From Bacteroidales bacterium (GTDB lineage: Bacteria > Bacteroidota > Bacteroidia > Bacteroidales > VadinHA17): a DNA stretch of 64,000 nucleotides. Positions 29,419 to 38,329 of this stretch are shown one piece after another. The notes under the pieces are model-generated. The model saw only the letters and a program-made list of their open reading frames with translations, did no database searches and had not been told where the DNA came from. Where the stretch lies: NCBI GenBank assembly GCA_040769065.1, contig JAXGLU010000001.1, positions 1,479,218 to 1,543,217 on the forward strand. Reading direction: 5' to 3'. Positions within the stretch are counted from its first letter, which is position 1. The number at the start of each line of letters is the position of its first letter. The position numbers and the translations under genes are program-made.

Positions 29419-29434
29419 TATCTTTGCAAAGATA
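29419..29434 (-). promoter_or_regulatory. Perfect 16-bp palindrome TATCTTTGCAAAGATA containing a TAnnTTTG -7 box upstream of sod
   Basis: Seen directly. Reads TATCTTTG on both strands. Lies 40-55 nt upstream of ATG 29379. Confidence 0.4.
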
Positions 29435-29463
29435 AGAAAATCCGGCCTTTAAACTAAATAATA

Positions 29464-30297
29464 TCAGGTCAGAAAGATCCTTTCGGGAAGCAAGGGTGTT
29501 ATGCCTTTTTCTGACGAGATCCTATAAAGTTCAGTCAGAGCATTTCTTCCAATCCTGCCCAGATTAAATGAAAAGTCATTGACAAATAAACTGATATGAC
29601 TTTTTATTACATCCCGGTCTGTTTGTCCTGCATTAGATAATACAAAATTACCCGGGTTCCCTGCTGAATTAGCCAATGCGTATTCTAAACTGCGCCTTAT
29701 AACCCGGTTTACCTTTAGTGCAACATGTTCGGGAAGCTTTCTGTTTACAGCAATAACACCCAGTGGAACAGGTAATTGCGTAAGCGACTCCCAAAACTCT
29801 CCCATATCAGCAATTTTTATCAAACCCTTATTTATATATGTAAACCTTGTTTCGTGTATTATTAGCCCGGCATCAGCTTCATCATTAAGAATGGCATTTT
29901 CAATATCTGAAAACAAATATTCAGTCTTATTGAGTGCCGTTGGCCATGCTATACTCAACAGAAGGTTTGCAGTTGTATATATACCGGGAATTGCAATATG
30001 CAACTTTTCAGGATTGACCATATCAATGGGCCGTTTACTGATCAGCAGAGGACCACTGCCATATCCCATTGCACCGCCGGAATCCAGTATAAGATAATTA
30101 TCTGCTGCATGGGCATATGCATGGCAGCTGATTTTTGAAATATCTGATTCCGCTGCAAAGACCCTCCTGTTAAGTTCTTCAACATCTGCCAGAAAAAAAT
30201 CAAATTCAAGATCTTCAGTATCTATCTTCCCGTTGACCATTGCATCAAAGATGAATGTATCGTTCGGGCATGGCGAGAATCCCAGGGATAGTTTCAT
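29464..30297 (-). CDS. mqnD: 1,4-dihydroxy-6-naphthoate synthase (futalosine pathway)
   Basis: MKLSLGFSPCPNDTFIFDAMV N-terminus and periplasmic-binding-like fold length (277 aa), typical of MqnD. Confidence 0.8.
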   Translation of the reverse strand: MKLSLGFSPCPNDTFIFDAMVNGKIDTEDLEFDFFLADVEELNRRVFAAESDISKISCHAYAHAADNYLILDSGGAMGYGSGPLLISKRPIDMVNPEKLHIAIPGIYTTANLLLSIAWPTALNKTEYLFSDIENAILNDEADAGLIIHETRFTYINKGLIKIADMGEFWESLTQLPVPLGVIAVNRKLPEHVALKVNRVIRRSLEYALANSAGNPGNFVLSNAGQTDRDVIKSHISLFVNDFSFNLGRIGRNALTELYRISSEKGITPLLPERIFLT

Positions 30298-30299
30298 TC

Positions 30300-30992
30300 T
30301 TAAAAATCAATAAAAGTTGTCAGATATTCAGAAAGGCTTTCTGAGAGTTTTTCAAGAGCCAGGGAAATTTTCCATGATCGCCTGTTTCTTGGCTCTACCA
30401 TGTTTGAAATTGATCTGAAAGCTATAAAAGGGATCTTTTCCTTACTGCAGACATAAAAGAAGGATGCCCCTTCCATGGTCTCAATGTCAGGATCGTACTT
30501 CGACCTCAATCTATCGATGGTTGCCTCAGTGCCTGTGACAGTGTTTACTGTTATTGCGTTAACAGGCCTGAGGAATCCGGCCGCTTTTTCTACGAATATG
30601 TTCTCAGCAATAATTCTTCCCTTTACAAACGGGAAACGCTTATAGCTTTCAAAGCCTGCCTCACAAAGGGACAAAAACCCTTTATCGGTTTCAATTCCTG
30701 CATCAGAAAAGAGATCTGTTACCGGCATCACAACATCCCCTGGTCCGATGTCGCTCCGGTAACTTCCTGCAATACCCGCATTAATGGCCAGATCAGGCAG
30801 GGGGTTCGATGAGAACCATTTTGTCAACGACCATGCAGTCGCTATTCCGCCTATTCCTGTAACAATAACAGTCACATCGCAGCTTCCTATGGAAAATCCG
30901 CCAGGGGTTCTTACTAACCCGGGGATATTTCTTATAGCCTCTGCCTCAGAATCGTCAGCTGCTGCTATTAATACCTTCAGTGGCATATTCAA
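30300..30992 (-). CDS. mqnB: Futalosine hydrolase
   Basis: PNP/MTAN-fold motifs VTGIGGIATA, NAGIAGS, ETMEGASFFYVC, RSISN. Adjacent to mqnD. Confidence 0.75.
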   Translation of the reverse strand: MNMPLKVLIAAADDSEAEAIRNIPGLVRTPGGFSIGSCDVTVIVTGIGGIATAWSLTKWFSSNPLPDLAINAGIAGSYRSDIGPGDVVMPVTDLFSDAGIETDKGFLSLCEAGFESYKRFPFVKGRIIAENIFVEKAAGFLRPVNAITVNTVTGTEATIDRLRSKYDPDIETMEGASFFYVCSKEKIPFIAFRSISNMVEPRNRRSWKISLALEKLSESLSEYLTTFIDF

Positions 30993-31096
30993 GTAGTATC
31001 GTTTGCCGAAGAGTTGTTGTTATAAATATATTGTTTTTAGAAATCCAAAGCTCAACATAAATAGTTAATATTGCAGATCAGTCAATAACTTACCTA

Positions 31097-31507
31097 ATGA
31101 TATACATTACCCGAAGAGAAAGATTCAGCGCTGCGCACAGAATGTTTAGAAAAGACCTGTCTGACAAGGAAAACCTCAAGGTCTTCGGGAAATGCTCAAA
31201 TCCCGGATGGCATGGACATAATTACGTTCTTTATGTCACTGTGAAGGGAGAAATCTCGGATGAGAACGGTTTCATTATGAACCTCAATACACTTAAACAG
31301 ATAATCAATAAAAAAATCATAAGCAAAACTGATCACAAAAACCTTAATACAGAGGTCAGTTTTATGAAGGGGAAAGTATGCACAACAGAAAACCTGGCAT
31401 TAGCTATCTGGAATGAATTAAGGCCAGCAATAGAAAAAGAGGGTGCCATTCTGCATTGTGTGAGAATTGAAGAAACAGAAAATAATTCAGTTGAATATTA
31501 TGGTTAA
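31097..31507 (+). CDS. 6-pyruvoyl-tetrahydropterin synthase / QueD family protein
   Basis: FSAAHRM ... [14 protein letters not shown] ... closely resembles the PTPS catalytic motif CxxxxxHGHNY. Confidence 0.88.
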   Translation: MIYITRRERFSAAHRMFRKDLSDKENLKVFGKCSNPGWHGHNYVLYVTVKGEISDENGFIMNLNTLKQIINKKIISKTDHKNLNTEVSFMKGKVCTTENLALAIWNELRPAIEKEGAILHCVRIEETENNSVEYYG

Positions 31508-32147
31508 GAAGATTGAAACTATAAACAATGGCAGCCATTTAAATTCGAACGGATACAATAAGATTGAATCATGGGATGCTGAACGCACAAATGAATTATC
31601 GTCAGTATATTACCGGGTACTCAAACTTCTTGGAGAGGATCCCGACCGGGAAGGATTAAAGAACACTCCGGAACGTGTTGCCAAGGCGATGCAATTCATG
31701 ACTATGGGATATTCCCAGAATCCGTGTGAGATAATCAATTCAGCCAAATTCCGTGAAGAATACAGGCAAATGGTCATCGTAAAAGACATCGATTTTTACT
31801 CCTTATGCGAGCATCACATGCTTCCTTTTTTCGGCAAGGCTCATGTGGCATATATACCCAATGGTTATATTACTGGCCTTAGCAAGATTGCCAGAGTCGT
31901 TGAAGCATTCAGCAGGAGGTTGCAGGTACAGGAGAGGCTTACAACACAGATCAGAAACTGCCTGCAGGATTGCCTGAACCCTCTTGGTGTTGCAGTTGTA
32001 ATCGAAGCACAGCATATGTGCATGCAGATCAGGGGAGTCCAGAAACAGAACTCTGTCACGACCACATCGGCATTTACAGGTATTTTTTTGGATCACCTGC
32101 ATACCCGTGAAGAATTTGTTCACCTGATAGGCACCAAACTTCATTGA
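31500..32147 (+). CDS. folE: GTP cyclohydrolase I
   Basis: [45 protein letters not shown]. Start taken at ATG 31500, overlapping the PTPS stop (ATGGTTAA). Confidence 0.93.
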   Translation: MVKKIETINNGSHLNSNGYNKIESWDAERTNELSSVYYRVLKLLGEDPDREGLKNTPERVAKAMQFMTMGYSQNPCEIINSAKFREEYRQMVIVKDIDFYSLCEHHMLPFFGKAHVAYIPNGYITGLSKIARVVEAFSRRLQVQERLTTQIRNCLQDCLNPLGVAVVIEAQHMCMQIRGVQKQNSVTTTSAFTGIFLDHLHTREEFVHLIGTKLH

Positions 32148-32265
32148 TCACAAATCTGCAAAGGCAGGTCTCTGTATGTTCAATCACAGCTAACTTCCCG
32201 CATTTTAATGGCCAGGTACAGCATTCAATGGACGACTGATAACAAAATATTAAAACTACATACGG

Positions 32266-33147
32266 ATGAAAGCATATGTGTTTCCGGGCCAGGGAGCCCA
32301 ATATAGCGGCATAGGCCTCGATCTTTATGAAAAATCATCCCTCGCAAGGGAAATGTTCAACACGGCCAATACACTACTCGGCTTCCCGATCACTGAAATT
32401 ATGTTCACAGGCAGTGATGAAGAATTAAAACAGACAAAAGTCACCCAGCCTGCTGTTTTTCTGCATTCCGTCATTCTTGCCGCTGCGCTTGGCGAAAGGT
32501 TCAAACCGGAAATGACTGCAGGTCATTCACTTGGGGAATTCTCCGCCCTGGTGGCCAGTAAGGCTCTGTCGTTCGAGAGCGGACTGCTGCTTGTATCAAG
32601 AAGAGCCATGGCCATGCAGAAAGCTTGTGAAGAAAATCCTTCAACAATGGCTGCAATAATAGGTCTTGACGATAATACTGTGGAGGAAATATGTTCATCA
32701 TTAAAAGAGACGGTGGTACCAGCTAACTTCAACAGCCCTGAACAAATTGTCATTTCAGGATCGAATGAAGGAATTGAAAAAGCAATTATCCTCCTGAAAG
32801 AAAAGGGAGCCAAGAGAGCCATAAAACTGCAGGTTGGAGGTGCTTTTCATTCACCATTGATGGAGCCTGCAAGGGCAGAACTTGAAAATGCAATAATGGA
32901 AACGGACTTCCACAGGCCCATATGCCCTGTTTACCAGAATGTAACTGCCAGTCCTTCAACAGATCCTGCTGTAATCAGGCAGAACCTGATAGCACAGTTG
33001 ACCTCGCCGGTAAAATGGACTCAGATCATCAACAATATGATCAGTGACGGTGCAACATCTTTCACTGAGGTCGGACCGGGGAATGTTTTGCAGGGATTGA
33101 TCAGAAAGATATGCAATGATACAGTGACTGAAAGCGCAGCTATCTAA
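32266..33147 (+). CDS. fabD: Malonyl-CoA:ACP transacylase
   Basis: FPGQGAQ, GHSLGEFSAL, GAFHSPLM. Confidence 0.95.
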   Translation: MKAYVFPGQGAQYSGIGLDLYEKSSLAREMFNTANTLLGFPITEIMFTGSDEELKQTKVTQPAVFLHSVILAAALGERFKPEMTAGHSLGEFSALVASKALSFESGLLLVSRRAMAMQKACEENPSTMAAIIGLDDNTVEEICSSLKETVVPANFNSPEQIVISGSNEGIEKAIILLKEKGAKRAIKLQVGGAFHSPLMEPARAELENAIMETDFHRPICPVYQNVTASPSTDPAVIRQNLIAQLTSPVKWTQIINNMISDGATSFTEVGPGNVLQGLIRKICNDTVTESAAI

Positions 33148-33336
33148 CCGGGTCTATTTCAGGCTGGTATTTATTTATTCTTCATTATGACTCCCCTGTG
33201 ATTTATGAGTGACTGGTATCGCTCTCCTTCTTTACTTTTTTCCACAGGTGGTTCCGCTCTATGAACATATCGAACCCATCGGCACCAATTATTCTGATTA
33301 AAAGTGTTTTTATAATGATTCCGGGGGTCAGGCGGC

Positions 33337-34374
33337 TCAGTTAACCTTCCAGGTAGAACCGCTTTGCAGAAGATCATCCATGCATTTGATTTTTGATTCT
33401 TTTTTTACTGTGCTTATCTGGTTTTTCACTTCCTCCTCGTAGGTGTTATACGGCACTGATCGTATTACTCCCAGTGCCACCGGAAATTCAGGATACGTCA
33501 TATTTGCCAGCATATAATGTATTCCCGGATTCATTTCACAAGGATCATGAACAAGGATATCATTAATTGTTATGCCTTCTACCCCCGGCTTCACAACTTT
33601 AAGCTTCAATCCATCCAGCATCAGTCCTTTTTCATTATTTGCACCGAAAAGCATGGGTTCCCCCTTCTTGAGTACCAGGGTTCTGTCGTCGCGCACCTCT
33701 CTGGCAGTAATATTTGCATGTATCCCGTCGTTGAATATCACACAGTTTTGAAGGATTTCAACCACTGAAGCACCTTTATGCTTTGCGGCCTGAATAAAGA
33801 TGTCGGTTGAAAGCGCAACGTTGGAATCAATAGTCCGGGCAAAAAATTTGCCTTTTGCTCCGATAACTAATTCTCCTACTGAGAACGGCTCTTCCACTGT
33901 ACCAAAAGGGGAAGTCTTGGTAACAAGTCCTCTTTCTGAGGTTGGGGAATATTGTCCTTTGGTAAGGCCATATATTGCGTTGTTAAACAACAGTATATTG
34001 ATGTCGACATTACGTCTTACTGCGTGTATGAAATGATTTCCTCCGATTGCCAGAGCATCTCCGTCACCTGTTATCTGCCATACAGACAGATCGGGATTTG
34101 CAATTTTCACGCCTGTGGCAATTGCCGATGCGCGTCCATGGATGCCATGAAAACCATACGTATTTACATAATAGGGGAACCTTGAGGAGCACCCTATTCC
34201 GGAAACAAAGACAATCTTTTCCTTTGGTACGCCCAGCTCAGCGAGGGCTTTCTGTACGGCACTCAACACTGCATGATCACCACAACCAGGGCACCACCTA
34301 ACTTCCTGGTCACTTCTAAAATCCTTAGGATTCAACTGATTTGATGTCATATTGGTCATGGCTTTATTTCTCAA
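33337..34374 (-). CDS. korB: 2-oxoglutarate/2-oxoacid:ferredoxin oxidoreductase subunit beta (TPP-binding)
   Basis: WCPGCGDH and GDGDALAIGGNH TPP motif. The exact start is uncertain (Met 1, 6 or 9). Confidence 0.9.
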   Translation of the reverse strand: MRNKAMTNMTSNQLNPKDFRSDQEVRWCPGCGDHAVLSAVQKALAELGVPKEKIVFVSGIGCSSRFPYYVNTYGFHGIHGRASAIATGVKIANPDLSVWQITGDGDALAIGGNHFIHAVRRNVDINILLFNNAIYGLTKGQYSPTSERGLVTKTSPFGTVEEPFSVGELVIGAKGKFFARTIDSNVALSTDIFIQAAKHKGASVVEILQNCVIFNDGIHANITAREVRDDRTLVLKKGEPMLFGANNEKGLMLDGLKLKVVKPGVEGITINDILVHDPCEMNPGIHYMLANMTYPEFPVALGVIRSVPYNTYEEEVKNQISTVKKESKIKCMDDLLQSGSTWKVN

Positions 34375-36202
34375 GAATCTCCAGACATTTATCCTTTATA
34401 TCCTTTACTGTAAAAGGCAGTCCCTGAACTTTATTTACCTGTTCATAATCGAATTCAGGATATTTCATCCTCAGATAAGCTGCAAACTGCCCCACATTAA
34501 GTTCACATACCAATATTTTCCTGAACCTGCTGAAGACCTCGCTTACATTCCGGGGCAGCGGATTGATGTAATTAAATGTCACATTGCTTATTTTATATCC
34601 TTCAGACTGAAGCTCCTGCACTGCCATTACGCGGTAGCCATATGAACCTCCCCAGCCCACAACAAGCAGGTCGCCGGATTCGTCTCCGCTTACTGTCAGA
34701 TCAGGAACCTTTTCAACAACCCTGGCAACCTTCTCAGCCCTTGCATTAACCATAAATTCATGATTTTCCGGAAGATATGAAACATTCCCTTTCAGAGTCT
34801 TTTCAAGTCCCCCGATACGATGCTCAAGGCCTGGAGTTCCCGGAATAGCCCAGAACCTGTTCAATCTCTCCGGATCCCGTTTGTACGGATAATACGGAGA
34901 ATCATTCTTGTCGGCATAGGGTGGTAGTATATCAGGAAGTTCACTCATGGAAGGTATTCTCCATGGTTCAGTTCCATTGGCCAGATAGCCATCAGTAAGA
35001 AGGATAACAGGTGTCATATGCTCAAGCGCTATCCTGGCAGCCTCAAATGCATAATTAAAGCAATCGGAAGGCGTGCTTGCCGCCATAACAACAACAGGGC
35101 ACTCGCCATTTCTGCCGAAAAGGGCCTGGAGAAGGTCACTCTGCTCAGTCTTGGTGGGAAGTCCTGTTGATGGACCTCCGCGCTGTACATCTATTATCAC
35201 TATCGGAAGCTCAGCCATCACGGCTAATCCTATAGCCTCCGACTTAAGAGCCAGGCCAGGGCCGGATGTGGAAGTTACCGCCAGTTTGCCTGCAAAACTT
35301 GCTCCCAGCACAGTGCATATTCCTGCAATTTCATCCTCAGCCTGGAAGCTTATAACGCCAAGATTCTTCCGTGATGCAAGTTCTTCAAGTATTCCGGATG
35401 CCGGTGTAATTGGATATGATCCGATGAAAAGCTGAAGTCCGGCTTTCTCAGCAGCGGCAATAAGTCCCCATGCTGTGGCTTTATTACCACAGATATTTCT
35501 GTACGTCCCTTTAGCTATCCTTGCCGGGCTCACCCTTATTGGAACCAGGGCCTCAATAGTCTCGGCATAATAGAATCCTGCACGCAGTGCAATTTTATTT
35601 GCCTGTGCTATTTCAGGTCTGCCGGCAAACTTCTTATCGAAAAATTTCTCTGTATGATCCAGTTTTCTATTGAACATCCAGAACACCATTCCCAGGGCAA
35701 ACATATTCTTGGTGCGCAGGACTGATTTCTGATCAAGGCCAAATTCCTTAAGGGCTTCTTTAACCATAGAGGTAACAGGAACACCAATGATATTATAATG
35801 TTCCAGTTTTTCCTCAGCAATAGGATCAGCTATATAACCTGCCTTTTCTATGTTTTTTTCCGTGAAGTTATCTTTATCGTAAATAATGGTCCCACCGATT
35901 TTAGTCCATCTGATATTAGCTTTTATGGCAGCCGGATTCATTGCAACCAGAACATCGGCATAATCTCCGGGAGTATAGATCTGGGAATGCCCCATATGAA
36001 TCTGGAATCCGGATACTCCTCCTACAGTACCCTGTGGTGCACGTATTTCAGCGGGGTAATCCGGAAATGTTGTCAGATCGTTGCCATAGAGGGCAGCAGT
36101 ATCTGAGAATAGCGTTCCGGTAAGCTGCATTCCATCGCCGGAATCACCTGAGAATCTTATGACCACATCTTCCTTCTCAATTACTTTCGTTTTCTTACCC
36201 AT
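34364..36202 (-). CDS. korA: 2-oxoglutarate/2-oxoacid:ferredoxin oxidoreductase subunit alpha
   Basis: FSGDSGDGMQLTG and SYPITPAS motifs. Start taken at MGKKTKV (the ORF track extends to 36226). Confidence 0.9.
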   Translation of the reverse strand: MGKKTKVIEKEDVVIRFSGDSGDGMQLTGTLFSDTAALYGNDLTTFPDYPAEIRAPQGTVGGVSGFQIHMGHSQIYTPGDYADVLVAMNPAAIKANIRWTKIGGTIIYDKDNFTEKNIEKAGYIADPIAEEKLEHYNIIGVPVTSMVKEALKEFGLDQKSVLRTKNMFALGMVFWMFNRKLDHTEKFFDKKFAGRPEIAQANKIALRAGFYYAETIEALVPIRVSPARIAKGTYRNICGNKATAWGLIAAAEKAGLQLFIGSYPITPASGILEELASRKNLGVISFQAEDEIAGICTVLGASFAGKLAVTSTSGPGLALKSEAIGLAVMAELPIVIIDVQRGGPSTGLPTKTEQSDLLQALFGRNGECPVVVMAASTPSDCFNYAFEAARIALEHMTPVILLTDGYLANGTEPWRIPSMSELPDILPPYADKNDSPYYPYKRDPERLNRFWAIPGTPGLEHRIGGLEKTLKGNVSYLPENHEFMVNARAEKVARVVEKVPDLTVSGDESGDLLVVGWGGSYGYRVMAVQELQSEGYKISNVTFNYINPLPRNVSEVFSRFRKILVCELNVGQFAAYLRMKYPEFDYEQVNKVQGLPFTVKDIKDKCLEILEK

Positions 36203-36358
36203 AATAACCTTATTAAGAATAATCAACTGTTCAGGAAGTTAATATCCCCCAAGACAAAATTAGTGTTTTAAATACCGAAAAATCAACATATTATTGAAAT
36301 TTCTAAATGATTTTGATCATGTTTTACGAAAGCCGGTAAAGATGCATTTTTGAGTGTG

Positions 36359-37159
36359 TCAGCACCAGATATCAGCTTTCTGAAGGTCTATTTCACCCTC
36401 AAAAAACATTCTGGCAATCTTCCCAAAAAAGTGAGTATAGTCAGAAACAAAGAATTGGTCGCGATTTATTCCTGAATCATTCAACAGGTCATTCTTCTCA
36501 AGCACATTCCTGAGCACTGAAGAAACGACACGCCCCGAGTCAATTACTTCGATATTGAAATTGAAAAACTTGCTGATCTGATTCTTAATTATCGGGTAAT
36601 GGGTACAACCAAGAACGAGAGCTTCTATTCCCGACAATGATTCATCTGAAAGGTAAGTTCTAATAATGGCGTTACTGATGTCATCAAAAATAAATCCTTC
36701 CTCAATCATAGGTACCAGCAAGGGAGTTGCAAGGCTGACAACAGAAGTAACAGGCGATCTTTCTTTCAGTTTCTGATCATACATGCCTGAGCTGATAGTT
36801 CTTTTTGTTCCTATCACACCCAGCTTTTTATAGTGCTTGCTGCTCAGATAGTCAACCACCGGATCAATAACATCAAGAATCACAGTGCGCCTGCCAAATT
36901 CCTCTTTTAAAGAGTCATATGCCGAAGCGCTTGCCGAATTACAGGCTACAAGAATGACCTTCGCCTGATGCTCAAGAAGAAACTCTGTTATTCTTCTGGA
37001 ATAAGACTTAATTGCATCAGCCGATTTATCACCATAAGGTAGATGAGCGGTGTCGCCAAAGTAAATGATACTTTCACCTGGCAGAAGCTGTTTAATGGCA
37101 TGAGCAACTGTCAGGCCTCCTACTCCTGAATCAAATATCCCTATAGGTTGATTTTTCAC
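36359..37159 (-). CDS. murI: Glutamate racemase
   Basis: GIFDSGVGGLTV, ACNSASA, LGCTHYP. Confidence 0.95.
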   Translation of the reverse strand: MKNQPIGIFDSGVGGLTVAHAIKQLLPGESIIYFGDTAHLPYGDKSADAIKSYSRRITEFLLEHQAKVILVACNSASASAYDSLKEEFGRRTVILDVIDPVVDYLSSKHYKKLGVIGTKRTISSGMYDQKLKERSPVTSVVSLATPLLVPMIEEGFIFDDISNAIIRTYLSDESLSGIEALVLGCTHYPIIKNQISKFFNFNIEVIDSGRVVSSVLRNVLEKNDLLNDSGINRDQFFVSDYTHFFGKIARMFFEGEIDLQKADIWC

Positions 37160-37227
37160 AAAGAGAGCTTATTAAAAAAATGACCACCAGCCTGATGGCA
37201 GATGGTCATCAGTATAATTAAACAGAG

Positions 37228-37749
37228 TTACTTAAGCCCCAGTTTTGCTTTAGCCAGAGGCAGTACATTGGTGCTTTTGGATTCATCAAAGTAAATAAGC
37301 TGACCAGCTGATATGTCAAATACATAAAGAAAACCATTTTCTTTTCCTATATCCCTGATTGCCTTATCGGCTTTTTCAGTTATCGGAGTAAATAAAGTTA
37401 CCTGTTTTTCCTGCATCTGATTCTGTGCATTTATCTGGAAGGTCTGAAGCCTGTTCTGGAAATCCTGTAGTTCCTGCTCCTTGTTCTGACGTACCAGGTC
37501 ACTTAGTGTTTTGCTCTCCCTGAGATACGCTTCAGCTTTATTGTTATATTCAACCTGAAGCAATTCCAGCTGGTTTGTAAGTTCAGTATTCAGCTTTTCA
37601 AGCTGTACCCTGGCCGAATCGAATTCCGGCATTGATTGAATAAGTTCGTTTCTGTTTATATGACCAAACTTAAGACTCTGGGCATTTAATGCATAACCTG
37701 ATAATAAGATCAGTGATATCAGAGTGGCTGTTTTAAAAATATTTCTCAT
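37228..37749 (-). CDS. OmpH/Skp family periplasmic chaperone
   Basis: Signal peptide plus coiled-coil Q/E-rich body. Conserved position downstream of bamA. Confidence 0.85.
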   Translation of the reverse strand: MRNIFKTATLISLILLSGYALNAQSLKFGHINRNELIQSMPEFDSARVQLEKLNTELTNQLELLQVEYNNKAEAYLRESKTLSDLVRQNKEQELQDFQNRLQTFQINAQNQMQEKQVTLFTPITEKADKAIRDIGKENGFLYVFDISAGQLIYFDESKSTNVLPLAKAKLGLK

Positions 37750-37791
37750 TTCAGATTTTTAAAATTTTATGTTTCTCGCAAATGTAATTAT

Positions 37792-38307
37792 TTAATTCTT
37801 ATAACCTAATTTCTCAAGAACCTGGTCGCTGATATCAAATTTCGGGTTTGCAAAGAGAATGTTCCCGCCTGAAGCTGTATCAAAGATGGCTGCATAACTG
37901 CCTTCTGCTGCGATTGTTTTAATTGCCTTAAGTATTTCGTCCTGTATAGGCTTTACAAGTTCCTCCCTTTTCTTAAAGAGTTCTCCCTCCATGCCAAAGT
38001 ACTTGTTCTGAAGCTCCTTCATCTCTTTTTCCTTGGCAATAATAGCCTCTTCCCTTTTTGTTTTCATTTCCTGCGACAGAAGGACCACTTCATTCTGATA
38101 TGCCTTGTACATCTTTTCCACAACAGCATATCCGTCTGCGATCTCGGTCTCCCACTGTCTGGAGAGCTTATCAAGCTGTTCCTGCGCAGCATTGAAGGAA
38201 GGAATATTTTTCCTGATATAGTCCGAATCAACGAAAGCATATTTTTGACCGAAACCCGTAAAGGTTGCGAGAGCAAAAACAACTGTGATAAACAATATTT
38301 TTTTCAT
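37792..38307 (-). CDS. OmpH/Skp family periplasmic chaperone
   Basis: Signal peptide, KYAFVDSDYI start and coiled coil. Immediately downstream of bamA. Confidence 0.85.
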   Translation of the reverse strand: MKKILFITVVFALATFTGFGQKYAFVDSDYIRKNIPSFNAAQEQLDKLSRQWETEIADGYAVVEKMYKAYQNEVVLLSQEMKTKREEAIIAKEKEMKELQNKYFGMEGELFKKREELVKPIQDEILKAIKTIAAEGSYAAIFDTASGGNILFANPKFDISDQVLEKLGYKN

Positions 38308-38329
38308 GGTAACTTTTGAATTTAATTGA

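Noticed and set aside
33171-33377. 68-aa ORF on the - strand between fabD and korB
   Set aside because: Its only usable start lies inside korB, with a 41-nt overlap. It has no motifs and is probably spurious.
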